Shown here piece by piece: positions 49,231 to 63,224 of a stretch of DNA of 64,000 bases. The notes beneath the pieces are model-generated. The model made no database searches and was not told the origin of the DNA. It saw nothing but the letters and a program-made list of their open reading frames with translations. Each line of letters opens with the position of its first letter. Positions within the stretch are counted from its first letter, which is position 1. The translations under genes were made by a program, and so were the position numbers. Source of the DNA: Octopus sinensis (taxonomy: Eukaryota); contig NC_043005.1 in the NCBI RefSeq assembly GCF_006345805.1, forward strand, positions 70,432,001 through 70,496,000, in the 5' to 3' direction.

Positions 49231-50363
49231 CACCAGTTACTAAACTTGGTATTTTAGATTTGAAGAGAGAGGAAAAGTTAACCACATTGCCAAAACATCA
49301 AAAGTCACCGCATCTACACTGAGAAATATAAGTGAAAACAGACAGAAAATTCCTCAAACAGTTAATTGCTCAGGCCTTTAGTTTTCAGAAATTTAATGTG
49401 TTTCTACAAATGGAACGGTTTTTGGATGCCTGAATCGAAAAATATACGAAGTGGCTGCATCCGACCTTCACTAGTTCTCCACAAATGAAAAGTCAGCATC
49501 AAAGTCGGAAAAGTAGTGTAATTTGGCAAATAATTTAGTATTTGAAGAGGTCATAGAGGATGGTGCTTTTGTGTTGCTTATTGTTCCATAGAGAAATGTT
49601 ACCAAAATAGGGGCCGATGCGGTTAGACGAAGATGAGAAACTCCACCAAGCACACTTAAGTGCAAAAAATATTGCTAAAGGCTTAGTACTTCTAGGGAAA
49701 TGTCTGTAAGTTATTATTGATAACAACTCTAATCGTGAACATAACATAAATATTATAACAAGGGTTTACAATTAGCGAAGTTTCTACATTGAGCTGTAGA
49801 AAGTGACGATGCACCATAAACATTAGTTTTGGATAAGCTCTTGTTTGCCCCTTAAGTACATGATGATAATGAATTATGAGATAAAAGATAGTGTGCCTTA
49901 TCCACTCTGTAACTTTCATTCTACATATATCCCCCAGACAGTTGTTAACATGGTTTTTGTTATTCCACTACGATATTACGGTTCTTATTTATTCCCTAAC
50001 ATATTTTAGTCTAAATGTTTTTATGTATACATACTATACTGTACTGCGTATATTTAGACACTGTTATTTTCCTACATAAAGCTTGTGCTGCTCTTTTTTT
50101 TTTGTTTTTTGTATGCGTTGAAGGAAAACAGATAAAAACAGTAACGAGGAAGAAAAAAGTATTAAAAATAAGAACAACTATATTAAAATCTTTACTCAGA
50201 AAAACAATTTATTCTGCTGTAAACCTATTTTGATTTGCTGAATGAAGATCCTTCCATGTCTAGAAATTATCTATTTAAAGCGTGTAAACTATTTTAGAAA
50301 CACATGAAGTACAATAACAGAGAAATTGTAAGCCATGAAATAATTCCTTAACGGAAAATACAA

Positions 50364-51306
50364 TAGTGGTGGGGGGTCATGATGCACCCCCCCCCAATCC
50401 TTGTGATTTGCTTTAAAGGCTTCAAACATGTTGTGAAAGAATGTGATGTTGCACAGATACCTGATCCAAGGCAGAGCTTCATCATAGAGGATGGAAAGGC
50501 AGTATTCCATTGCTTGTGTGAGATTCTACAAACACTCGTCTCGTAATGTCTTAGGATCTGCTCTTCACCTGTCACCTGTCATATTTAGCACTGACATGTA
50601 CAAGGAATACTCTGTAAAAGGTGTGGAACGAAACAGACGAGGTATTGGAGACGAACTCATCCTGAGTGGTGAGAAAACAAAACATTCGAAAGACTGGAAA
50701 GTCTTTCTTGCAAATAATGAGAACAAGACACAGTCCGTTCAGCTTTTGCTCTCAACTTGGAGGAGTGAGTTGTCTGCCGACATTCTCACTGCACATGAGA
50801 TGGTACTAATATGTGAAGGAAAAGCTTACCAGTTGATATTGAATGGACATAACACATTCTGTCAAGAAATACACTCTCTCGAATCTTCACAAGAAGAAAC
50901 TGAGACCTATGTGATCCTGTATTGGAAGTCTGCTAAAGAACGGGGATGCAAATCCGTTCGCGTGAGGAGTCCCGATTCAGAAATTTTTCATCTTATTTCA
51001 CCATGCTAGATCCCTGGAAAGACTTCAAATTCTGGTGACATTTGCATGATCTTGACTAGGCAATAATTTTAAGTGATGATTTGAAATATTTTGGAGAGGA
51101 GATGCAAAGTTAGAGCTGTTTGAATTTTCTGCCTCCAGCTGTAAAAATGGGCGTGGTCAAAAAGTCCATGGGGGTATCTTCCATCCCGGTTTTTTTTTTT
51201 TTTTGCTGGCAACACCAATTTTCTAACTTGTTAGACCCAGGGCCACATGAAAATACCCACTAGAATAAATCACAAGGGGGGGAGGCGCACCCTATCCCCC
51301 CCACTA
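50364..51306 (+). mobile_element. Deleted DNA-transposon derivative encoding an XPG/FEN-1(PIN)-like domain fragment, with imperfect TIRs
   Basis: IIEDGKAVF (frameshift) FSTDMY..SVKG.ER.RRG...DWK.FLAN.ENK...SQEETET...VRSPDS. Ends tagtgg..ggggg...ccccc..ttgtgattt at 50364-50409 and its inverse at 51267-51306. Confidence 0.7.
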
Positions 51307-51401
51307 GTCCATGGCCTAGAAACTTTACATTTAACACTTTGATTATGGATGACAACGTTTTGACTAAGATAGTTTACTTATATATCAGATTAATTCTGCG
51401 G

Positions 51402-51959
<558 letters not shown>

Positions 51960-52369
51960 CTTGGAGTTTTTATTAGTTTACTCGACTAGCTAGAAATGGA
52001 AGCCAAGTCTGTTTCAAATCGGTTGCAATATCAGAAAGAGAAACTTGAATATAATTATTGTTTATGCAGAGGTAATCTATATAAATGTTAATTTTTCCCA
52101 ATGCATACACTAACTTTGCCAATTATGAAATGAATTATTTCACATAAACGGTTTTTAATTAAAAAAATTTTAAAAGACTATTCATTATGCTTTACCTGTG
52201 AGTAACAATCTAAATTTCAATATTTTACTCAACTGAAAAATACAAATAGAAGTAAAGTTAATCAGTTTCTAATGATTTCAAAGACAGATTGTATTTAAAC
52301 GCTAAGTATTAATAACAGTTTACTTAATTTAAATTCGAAATTTTACCAGCGACAAGGTATGAAAGTAGC

Positions 52370-52770
52370 TTAGAGTTAAAAGCCGAAACGGTAAGATTCG
52401 TCCTTGCTGCCCAAGATCAGAGCTTATTTACAGAAAACTACCAAGCAAACATTTTCAAATATGCAGCAGACCCAAAATGCAGAATGGCTACGACCGAGTC
52501 GAGAAAAAAGATCATTTAGTTTTACGATGCTTCGGTTTGATTGCAACTGAATACAAAGGTATGCATCATTGGATTGGTCAATGTATTCATCGGATACTAT
52601 ACAAACATTATGATACAGAACATGCTCAAAACATGATGTGAACACCATGCCCTATCAGCGATTTTATTGGATTTTATAATCACATGAGACCCCAGTGTAA
52701 CCATCAATCGATTTGATATTGCCGTTCAAGATTGGAACAAAATAATCCGGATCTTTAACATGTAAGAAAA
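52370..52770 (+). mobile_element. Decayed R4/Dong fragment (zinc-knuckle region)
   Basis: LKAETVRFVLAAQDQSLFTENYQ...PKCR...EY...H..IG..IH matches the LKAETEGFLIAAQDQSLPTRNYQ region of the 13-17 kb element. Confidence 0.8.
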
Positions 52771-53159
52771 ATGAATTTGCTAAAATGTATCTCGAACAAC
52801 GACTAAGAAGTTGAAATTAGCAGAATGCGGCAATTGAAAACACAAACAACCCCTGCTGTAATTCGGGCAACCGAAATTGTAAAGAAGGGTGTAAACGATT
52901 GTCAGCAACGTTGCTGTTCCAACGTTTATGATACTCCAAAACTTGATCCCGACAGCACGGTTCACAATTTATGTAAACGTTTTCTTTGTTAAACCAAAGA
53001 AATTAATACTAAATTCCCTTCGGTAATGTATATTATTATTTTCTATCATTTAAAATTATACTTATGTTTTCTAAGTCTAACTTGATTTTATAAGTTTTTA
53101 GAGATACGTTATGTCAAGATAACAACAATACATATCCTAGGTGTCAGTGTGACATGCAA

Positions 53160-53330
53160 TATAGGATCGTTAAGCACTTGACTGGTATTTTATTTTATAG
53201 GCCCTGGAGAGATGAAATGCAAAGTTGACCTCGGTAGGAATTGAACACAGAGAGTAAGGAATTGGAAGAAATGCCGCGAAGCATTTTTTCCGATGCAGTG
53301 ATTCTGACGTCTCACAACCTTTAATAGTTT
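53160..53330 (-). mobile_element. SINE family B, degenerate
   Basis: ttgactggtatttt...gatgaaatgcaaagttgacctcgg...gaaatgccgcgaagcatttt. Confidence 0.65.
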
Positions 53331-54489
53331 CATATATCTTGACTCAAGGCAGCAATTTAGCAAGAAGTGCTAAGTCATTTTTTATTGACCCCAGCACTTG
53401 ACTGACGTCATTTTCTATCGACTCCGGGTACAGGTAGCTAGGAGTGCTGCAGAGTGATATGTTAAAGGAAAGACAAATGGGAGAGAAGGTTATCAAAGAT
53501 TGAGTACGCGAGAGAAAACTATATAGAGATAATATTATCAAACTAATGAATATATGGGGCATACCAGTATTAAGATATTCTGTTTCCTTTCTAAAACTGA
53601 CAATAGCAGAACTACAGGAAGCTACTAATTATGAACAAAACCCTGAAATTAATTTCGACAGGCTTCTACCAAGAAGGAAAGGTGGTTGGATAAAAGTGGC
53701 TTGTTATACGCAGAAGACACGTTAGTATTGTGTAGTAAAGAAAATATACTGTCGGTGACTAGAAAGTTTCAAAACGCAGAGTGGGAAGATATTATAGCTC
53801 ACATCAGAGGCGCAAGAGGCAAAATCTCTAGGAAACTGATAGCACTTCAACCAACTATAATCTCAATGTATTCTCCTGCCTCACTCCATCGCCCTTTTAT
53901 CTTCTCCTATCCATTCTTACAACTAACGCTGGATTAACCATTTAACAAAATAAACACGTGATAAGAACATCAAAGAGAAGGAGCACTACAGAAAGGGTAA
54001 GTGGTGTACGATCCAAAAGAAATCAGTCTAAATTTGCTAAAAAAATATTTGAAGTGGTTTATATAATCGGAAATCTAATTCCCAAGTGTTCATGGTGTCG
54101 TAGTGAAGAGTTGATCAAAGACTTTGTGATTTAAAAAAACGTTGGAGAAAACTTTTAAATTGTAAATAAATGGAAGTATACAAAAAAAAAACATTATTTT
54201 CCATCGCACTATAAGTTTTGTTGCATTTTACAAAATTAAAATTTATTTTATACAATTATTTATATTTTGAATTACGTACATATGAGGACACTAAAATCTT
54301 TTAATTGTTTAGGGCCTTTATGGGTATTAAGCACATCAATAAGAATAAGACTACAGTTTTTCACTCTCATAAAACTTTCTTTTTTAGTGCTACTTTTTTT
54401 TACAACACATTTGTTGTGGATAATTTTTGAGCGTCGCTGATTTTGAATTTATCTACTATACCAGATATCTTGAAAGAATTCATGAAGTG

Positions 54490-56300
54490 AAGACTGGAAG
54501 CAGAAATGCAAAGGAAACCATAAAAGGATTGTGCTAGATAAGAAATTTAATGTTTTAAAAGGGCTTCGTGCGGATGTAAAAAATCAGCCACATTACCAGA
54601 ACATTGAATTTTGCAACGTGTACAATGAAATAATGCGTGGCAATAGAGAGAAAGTCATGAGCTCAAACAACTTCTCCATTAACTGCGCGGACTTTATTTT
54701 TCTCATAGATCTAATGTTATGCTTTGGATTGATGATCAGACTCGATGTAATGCGTTGATAAGCGCCATGGTAATTTAAACAAAGTCAAACGTTTGTATGA
54801 GGATTTCCAGGAAAGGGAAAGTTTTATCTAATGAGAAATCTTTTCTGACAAGTAAAATCTAGTTTGAAAAGTTTAAGCACTTGAATTTGCCAAACATAGA
54901 AATGATTAATGAAGCTACTAATGATGATTTAGAGGCTGCTACTAATTATCCTCAGCTGCTGAGGAAAATTATCTTTCAAGAGGGCTACCAGAACAAGAAC
55001 ACAATGTTTGATGTAACTGCACGTTTTTGGATGTTCACGCTGCTGAAAATGTTATTTCTCGAGAAGAAAAATCAACACAAAGATTTAAATCTTCCAGAAA
55101 GTGTCGTGCGTTTCTTCTGAGAGGAAATACCGCTGGTGATATGAAATATAGCCTCAACTCGTGTATTACTCTGAAAAATCAAAAGACTTTCAAGGTTTAC
55201 GCAAAGTTTCAGTTGCCTCTGATTTGGGACATTTCAAATGAGTAAGCATGGCTGACTTAGTGGTTCTTCGAAGAGAAGTTTCCGAACATTTATTTGGCTT
55301 TTTGTCCTGTTGTAGAAAGGTATTGTGCGATTTATAATGGTTCCAAATTTTGGACGCAAAGTCATGATTTCGGGGAGGGTGTAAGTCAATTACATCGACC
55401 CCAACGCTCAACTGGTATTTATTTTATTAACCCCAAAATGAAAGCAGGTGAAGTCGGCCTCGGTAAAATTTAAACTCAGAAAATAAAGACGGACAGAATG
55501 CCGCTAACGATACTGTGATCTCATTGCATAATATTTATTTCTTTATTGCCCACAAGGGGCTAAAAATAGAGGGGACAAACAAGGACAGACAAAGGGATTA
55601 AATCGATTACATCGACCCCGGTGCGTAACTGGTGCTCATTTAATCAACCCCGAATGGATGAAAGGCAAAGTTGACCTCGGCAGAATTTGAATTCAGAACG
55701 TAACGGCAGGCGAAATACCGCTAAGCATTTCGCTCGGTGTGCAAACGATTCTGCCAACTCGCCATACATAATATTTCCGAAGAGGCATTACTAGTGAAAT
55801 TAAATGAAATGACTGACAATGTGAATTCAGAATTTATTCCCAAGAAAGCATCTTCTATTCTCTAACAAACGGATCCAGTTGTGATTGTTACTCGGGAAAA
55901 TATACAGCTATGCAATTTCCGGGACTTTACTTTTCCACAAACAGAAAGTCTGCATCAAATTCGGAAAGACATTGCAACATTTGTATAAATGATGTCAGAT
56001 TTAAAGAAGTCATTGCAGATGATGTGACTAAGTTTCTAGCATTCCACAGAGAATAGTTATCTAATGAAGAGATGAGGCTGTTAGAAAAAGATCGAGCTGA
56101 AAATACAGACGGGACTGCGGAAATTCCAATTCCTGCAAGTAAGTTCGCAGCATTTCTCGAGGAAAATCATCAAGATTTTGCTGACAGCTTCCCTTATCAT
56201 ATATGTTACACAAAAAGTATAATAGTTTACAATGATCAATTCCTGCGCTGTGTGGCACAAAGAGATGGTGTGCAATAAACATTCTCCTAGAAACTCTCGT
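54490..56300 (+). mobile_element. pogo/Tigger transposase remnant interrupted by SINEs
   Basis: IVLDKKFNVLK, FEKFK..N..NI....EA...D.EAA..YP..LRKII..EGY, ISREEKS...FK....LL.GNTAGDMK, then after the SINEs FIPKKASSIL*QTD.VVI and DDV..FL..H...LSNEEM..LEK. Confidence 0.85.
55335..55765 (-). mobile_element. SINE family B composite nested in the Tigger remnant
   Basis: Two family B units. Confidence 0.85.
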
Positions 56301-56630
56301 TCCATCATTACCCCTCAGGCAGTAATCAACATGGTTTGTCGTATTATCATATTGAGATTGTATTTTAGCTTTCTTTTGTTTATTAATATATATTTTGGTA
56401 ATAGTCGTTTTGTTGGATTTCACGCAAAGGGAAGATTTTCAAGAACTATTGCTTTCGCAACGTGATCATTACAGTTTAAACACACACACATCCGTATGTG
56501 TGTATGTGTGTGTGTGATAAAAATTCAAGACATTCTGAGATACATGAAAATAAGTATTTTTATCATCATCATCATCATCACTATTATTAAAATCATTACA
56601 ATCACTACCATCGCCATCTTCATCATCATT

Positions 56631-57025
56631 AGGCGGCGAGCTGGCAGAAACGTTAGCACGCCGGGCGAAATGCGTAACCATATTTCGTCTGCCGTTACGT
56701 TCTGAATTCAAATTCCGCCGAGGTTGACTTTGCCTTTCATCCTTTCGGGGTCGATAAATTAAGTACCAGTTACGCACTGGGGTCGATGTAATCGACTTTA
56801 TCCCTTTGTCTGTCCTTGTTTGTCCCCTCTGTGCATAGCCCCTTGTGGGAAGTAAAGAAATAGGTATTTCGTGCGTCGTTACGTACTGAGTTCAAATTCC
56901 GCCGAGGTCGACTTTGCCTTTCATCCCTTTGGGATCGATGAAATAAATACTAGTTACGCACTGAAATCGATGAAATCGACTAGCTCCATCCCCTAAAATT
57001 TCAGACCTAGTGCCTATAATAAAAG
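56631..57025 (+). mobile_element. SINE family B: full copy plus a headless second unit
   Basis: aggcggcgagctggcagaaacgttagc (A-box) and ga.ttcaaattcc (B-box). Junction gtaaagaaataggtatttcgt at ~56855-56875. Confidence 0.92.
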
Positions 57026-57037
57026 GGATTATTATTA

Positions 57038-57071
<34 letters not shown>

Positions 57072-57664
57072 CATCAATAAGTATTTAAATTATTTTAATT
57101 ATTTTACCACGCAATATAACCTCAATGCGTTCAGTCGTTTCTGTTAGCAATGATAACCAATTCTTTTAATCCCATTCACTTATTCTAAATAACAACAACG
57201 ACATCAAATAGCATGAACAATAATTTCAACACAAAATATACAGTACAAACAATACCAGGATCCAAAAAGGATTTTTCTCAATTTCGTTTTGTCTATTCGT
57301 GTTTTATAAACAACTGAGTGTATTTTATTGATAAAAGTGAAACATTGAAAAATGAAATGAATCGTGTATATACAAAAATAACTTTGCTATTCTGAATGGC
57401 CGAAACGAACATAAAGATGCTTAAAAGTCGGTTATTATCATAGATAAGATTAGTACTATAACTTGCTATTTTCATTTCTCAACAGCGTCGTTTAGTTAAC
57501 TTATTAAGACAGCATCGTAGAAAATACATAATAAATTTCCATATTTCAGCATTAGTCGTGACAAGAAATTGTAAAATGCGTGATATAGTTGATATTCAAC
57601 TTGCTTTAGAATTTTTAAATTCTTTTAATATAATAACTATGGAGTCCATAAGTATATAAGTGTG

Positions 57665-58034
57665 GGATCTTTTCTTTTTGAAAGCCAGATTTTCCTAGTT
57701 AACTAAACAATTTGAAACTTCGTATACTGGTAGAATGTGTCAAAAAAAAACATAATTGTAAACCAAAATGAAAACGGAATTGTAATTTCTAAGTTTAACG
57801 TTGTTTAAAAATTCGAATTTTAACCAATGATATTCTTTCTTTCGGCCTCATGTTATTTACTGCTTCTCAAAATATTGTTACTGTGAAGGTAAACAGCTAT
57901 TTTGTGACGTAGTTAACGTAAACATGTAAATAGCTAACTAAAATGTAAACATCTCCGCTTATCATAAACTTCGTGGAGTATATATAAAATTTGTGTAGAT
58001 CCTAAATAGCTACACACACATGTATACAAACATA

Positions 58035-58077
<43 letters not shown>

Positions 58078-58770
58078 CTATACACACATATTCTAATGCA
58101 TATGCATATATGTGTATATATTTATAATGTGTGTGTATTATAGATGCATACATTATATATATAAAAGATGTTTACATACAATATATATATGTTATATACA
58201 TCTACATATATATCTATGTATGAATATATAAGTACCACAGAAGTTGAATCAAACTGTTTTGATCCATACATACACCCACACACACACACACACACACCAA
58301 CACTACCATCCATGAGACATCCTAACATAATCAATGCTACTACTACTATCATCATCATTATCATCATCATCCACTGCCGCCACCACCACCACCACCACCA
58401 CCACCACCACCTCTACAAAAACACCAACACTATAATTGCTGCCATCATATACATCCACTGTCACCACTACCACCACTGCCATGATAACCACATCTACCAC
58501 AGTTGTTTGCTTACTGCTTACCCACTCACAAAATAGCTATCTACGTCACATTAACACTATGCAGCTAATAATTTCAAATGAAAACAGACAATATGATTGG
58601 TTAAAATTCGCAGATTTAAACTACGTTTAAACCTATAAAATATATTTTTGTCAAAAAAACTAGTTGAAATTATTGTTTTCTTTTGACACATTCTACCAGT
58701 ATACGAAGTTTCAAATTATTTAGTTAACTAGAAAAATCTGAAAAATCTGGCTTTCAAAAAGAAAAGATCC
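57665..58770. mobile_element. Long-TIR (foldback/MITE-like) element enclosing microsatellites
   Basis: 57665-57745 and 58681-58770 are inverted with high identity. Weaker inverted similarity continues inward (aattttaaccaat, agctattttgtg). Confidence 0.75.
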
Positions 58771-58896
58771 GGGTTTGGGTTTTAAGGTTAGGGTTTTAGG
58801 GTTAGGGTTTTAGAGCTAGGTTTTATGGTTAGGGTTTTAGAGTTAGGGTTAGGTTTAGGGTTTTAGGGTTAGGGTTGGGATTTAGGATTAGAGTTA
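58771..58896 (+). repeat. Telomere-like (TTAGGG/TTTTAGGG) degenerate tract
   Basis: Direct reading: TTAGGG alternating with TTTTAGGG. Confidence 0.85.
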
Positions 58897-59366
58897 CGGA
58901 AACAAGCGAGAAATAAAGAAATTGGAGGTGGAGGGGTAGGGGGCAAATTTTTTTTTTCCGAAAATAGTTGCTGAAATCAAGAAATTGCCGAAGAAAGACT
59001 TTCACTATTTCATGAGCGGCTATCGAAAACGCTGGGGTTTTAATATGACAAAAGAAAATACAAAAATGGTGGGCTTTTATGCACATATGTACTAATGGAT
59101 ATCATATATATATGTACAAAATGAAACTTGAGATTTCGAAAGAAATTGTGATGTGTGCCACTATTTTCCTTTTCACATCAAATTCCAATATAATCTGAAT
59201 ATATACATTCTGAAAAGTATTTGTAGCAAATTTCATTAAAAAATACCCAAGTTATGAGGAAACAAAGTCAACTCATGTGAATTTCCCGAAACCCCTCTTC
59301 CTAACCACAGAATCTTTTTAAATATCAAATTCCTATGTAAGCGGAATATACACAATCTAAAACATA

Positions 59367-59878
59367 CCGTAAATCCTCAAGTATAATTCGCATTATTTTC
59401 CCAAAATTTAAAGGTCAAAATCCCTAGTGCGTACTATATATGAGGTTAAAAATGGAAATTATTTTCTAAGCAATGTCCAAGTCTCTATTTGCTATCAGGC
59501 AATGTTTATTCAGAGGCATTTTGTGATGTCGAGCTCGAAAATACCCTAAGCTAAGCCTGAAAGCAATGAAGTCATAAAAGAATCATCCATAACTTGCAAT
59601 AAGCAACATTTATTAAACGTTATTACTGTTATTTCTTTATTTTCTGCAAACAAAATGCACAAAAAAGCTACACGTTTACATTATGTTATATATACAATAA
59701 TAATAAAGGATGTTACCGTATACATTTTTAGAAACCAAGGACGTTATATACACCTCCTTGACTGAAGTTAGAGAAGGGGTGCGTATTATACACAAGGTTT
59801 AGGTTTTCCAGAGGTACAGCCCCCTAAAAATCCCCTGCGTATTATACTCAAGGGGAGACTATACTCGAGGATTAACGG
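59367..59878. mobile_element. Tc1/mariner-pogo-type MITE
   Basis: TA|CCGTAAATCCTCAAGTATA ... TATACTCGAGGATTAACGG|TA. TIRs match 17/19 and the TSD is TA. Confidence 0.9.
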
Positions 59879-60358
59879 TATTTTTTGAAAATTTCATTAA
59901 AAAAATTTACATTTTTCTGGAAGTTATGAGGCAACAAAGTCGGTCGGGTAGGGGCACACAGGTATAGGTAAACCGACATTTGCATTATTTTGCAATAATC
60001 ATTTCAAATCCTGCTCGGCTGGTTTTTGTCTTATCTTTCAGGGCCCAATAGAATGAGTTAATCGTAATAAAACAGAGTTGTAAACACCCCTATACCTATC
60101 CATTCAAATGCTAACGTCAGTACAGTTGGTCAAGGAAAACCGGTCTTTTTACTTTTATTGGAATTGATATTGTATTTATTTAAGATGCCAAAGGAGTTCT
60201 GTGTTTTTGTTTTTATGAAGACGCTTCATGAATAATCTAATCTTCTCACTCCTTCGGTCATTGTTTTTCTAAGATAAAAATAGTATGATGACTTATAAAA
60301 TATTTAGAGGAATATTAAGTTTTACAGGCCAGATGTTTAAAAAATATTGGAGTAGCTG

Positions 60359-60473
60359 ATTCCGGGTTCAGTCCCACTGTCTGGCACCTTGGGCAAGTGT
60401 CTTCTACTATAACCTCGGGCCAACCAAAGCCTTGTGAGTGGATTTGGTAGACGGAAACTGAAAGAAGCCCGTC

Positions 60474-60505
<32 letters not shown>

Positions 60506-60716
60506 GTGTGTGTGTTTGTGTGTCTGTGTTTGTCCCCCTAGCATTGCTTGACAACCGATGCTGGTGTATTTATGTCCCCGTTACTTAGCGGTTCGGCAAA
60601 AGAGACCGATAGAATAAGTACTGGGCTTACAGAAAGAATAAGTCCCGGGGTCGAGTTGCTCGATTAAAGGCGATGCTCCAGCATGGCCGCGGTCAAGAGT
60701 AACATTAAAAGTAAAA
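60359..60716 (+). mobile_element. SINE family A, 5'-truncated
   Basis: Starts at ttccgggttcagtccc; the rest is colinear with the other copies. Confidence 0.9.
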
Positions 60717-61477
60717 TAGGTTCTATATGACACATTAGGGGTAGTGTCCGAAGGTTGAAAGTGTTTAGTTACAAAAAATATATTTCTCGATCTGCCGTTG
60801 AAAGGGTAAAGATCCCTTATATTATTTATTTAAACCCATTACAAACTAGAAGGGTTATGGGTCAAGAGGAAAATACATCAATCAAATGTTGGGAAGGCCA
60901 TCGGTTGAATAAAATAACATTGTTCCTCAACAGAACAATAAGGCTCTATAGTTAGGGGGAAATTTACCCATTCAGTTTCAAAACTCAGGTGGAGCCAAAA
61001 GAGGTCTCTACACATACATACGTATACACACACACATACATACATACATACATATATCCAGACAACTTCAGCTTTATATATATATATGTATATATATATA
61101 TACCGCTTGGATCGCTTTCAATGCCACTACGTCCCGTCCGATTCGCTCCAAAATTTACAGGGACATGTAGAAATAGGTGACGAAGCTCGTGGGCTACCTT
61201 AGAAATCCCTATCTTAAAAGGTGTGGTTCCTAGGGGCCATCTTCCTCACTCACGCTATTTCCTCCAGTACCCTCTCACTCCCCTTCAAATATAACTTTGA
61301 TATTTCCACTACCGTTATTTAAAGTATCTGTCATTCTCGCTATTTCCTCTCTTTTTCACTCACTCTGTTTCTTACCTTCCCATTACATCGACGTTCTTTT
61401 ACGTATCTGTCTGTCACCAACAACACACGAGCATGAGAACAAATATTATGAATCAGATATTCTTGCGTTCATTTATA

Positions 61478-61745
61478 TGTATGTGTGTGTGTGTTCTATA
61501 TATAAATATGTATATATAATGTATGTGTGTGTGTGTGTTCTATATATAAATATGTATATATAATGTGTGTGTGTGTGTGTTCTATATATAAATATGTATA
61601 TATAATGTATGTGTGTGTATGTTCTATATATAAATATGTATATATAATGTATATGTGTGTGTGTTCTATATATAAATATGTATATACAAAGTGTATATAT
61701 ACAAAGTATATATATACAAAGTGTATATATCTGTATTTATGTATA
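61478..61745. repeat. ~36-38-bp minisatellite (about 5 units), then short (atatacaaagt) repeats
   Basis: Unit gtgtgtgttctatatataaatatgtatatataatgtat. Confidence 0.9.
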
Positions 61746-62225
61746 TTAAACTTTTTCATAGTTATATATATTTTTAAACAAATTATAAATATAATTTAAT
61801 AATTATTATTTTCAATTTAATTTAAATTTATCAATTTTATATATTATATTTTTTTTAATGTTTTTGTTTTTTCACTGTTTGATTTGCATAAAAATTCCAT
61901 TTTTCACTTTTATGATTATACCCAGAGTGCTCTAATCGAATATGAACTGTCTTCCCATTGGCGGACGTTTGTCTTTTTTATTTTTGAAACAAACACATTG
62001 CCTCTTTCGTTTTAAAAAATACTATCTTAATACATTGGTCCAACAAACAAAACATCACCCACACTTATTCTTTCATGTATTTGAGAATGTGTGTCTGTCT
62101 GTCTGTCTGTGTGTTTCCCTAAAACTTCAGAACTACACAACCAATTTCATTCAAATTTTACACATGACTTGCTACGAGACCACAGTGAGCGCTATGGCGA
62201 CCAGAGCTCGCTCTGGGCGCCATTG

Positions 62226-62267
62226 AGCTTGGCTTGGCTTGGCTTGGCTTGGCTTGGCTTGGCTTGG
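62226..62267. repeat. (CTTGG)n pentanucleotide repeat
   Basis: Direct reading. Confidence 0.95.
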
Positions 62268-62859
62268 CAGAATTTTAATTACTTAGAGATCCTTAGCGTG
62301 AAGGCAGCATATAAAAAAAAAACAACTCTTCATCAGTTGTTGGCAGTTTTACTTACTCCGCATTGCAACAAGATGTGTCTTCGTTAAAGCAAATTAGATA
62401 AAATTTGACATACGTGGAACGTCAAAGCTGCTAACAAAATCAGGACAGTCAAAATTTTCGCTAAGGGCTGTTTAACCCTAATGAGGTGACGTGGTGAACG
62501 CTGCAGAAAGAAAGCTTTGTCAAGAGACAGACGGGAATGCATGAACGAAAAGAAAAAGAATTACATTTAGAAATAGATCTATAGTTATTGAGGACAGAAT
62601 TTCTGTTAGAAATAGAGAACAATAAATATTGAATTATGCATAAAGCGCTGACTTACATTCGGGGCTTCCAATTTCTCTGTAAAATATAAGATTGTCGCAA
62701 AATCATCGCACATGTCACCATCAATTACAAATGCCGGTGGAAGATAAACGTTCCAGAGGACATTTTTGTTCTTTCGTTCGTACAAGGATCGTATTATGTT
62801 TCGGCTTAAAATAAATTATAGATACAAATATAATGTATAGAAATATATAAAAACCAGAA

Positions 62860-63224
62860 TCTCTCTCTATATAAACGGCAGTTTGTCTGTGCGTGTTTCT
62901 GTGTGTCTGTTTGCTTGTACCCTCACCCTGACCACGGCTTTCAACCGATTCTGATGAAACTTGACACACACATAGCCCAATGTCATAATTCAAAACTAAC
63001 GCAGCGAAAACTTTGAAAAGTTCCCCCAGTTCTGAAAAAAATCGATAAATTCGACATGGGGTCGAGAATCAGAAACACAAACCGCAAACTGTCTAGGGGA
63101 CGCAACTCCACCTTTTTTAACTAAAAAAAAATTTACCATCATTTTTTTCCATTTTTTTGTTATTTTGTTATGCTTTATAGTTATTTCCCTTACAAACCTG
63201 AGCAACGCCGGGCGATACTGCTAG
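62860..63224 (+). mobile_element. Short non-autonomous Helitron
   Basis: A|TC-TCTCTCTATATAAA start; 3' hairpin plus CTAG|T. The last ~50 nt are nearly identical to the 28660 element. Confidence 0.85.

Noticed and set aside
53590-53940. 83-aa ORF MDKSGLLYAEDT...
   Set aside because: Possibly an old transposon scrap, but no motif was recognisable.
57484-57651. Open plus-strand frame RRLVNLLRQHRRKY... after an acceptor-like site
   Set aside because: Weak donor, AT-rich codons and no recognisable homology.
58771-58896. True telomere
   Set aside because: Short, degenerate and interstitial, with ordinary sequence on both sides.
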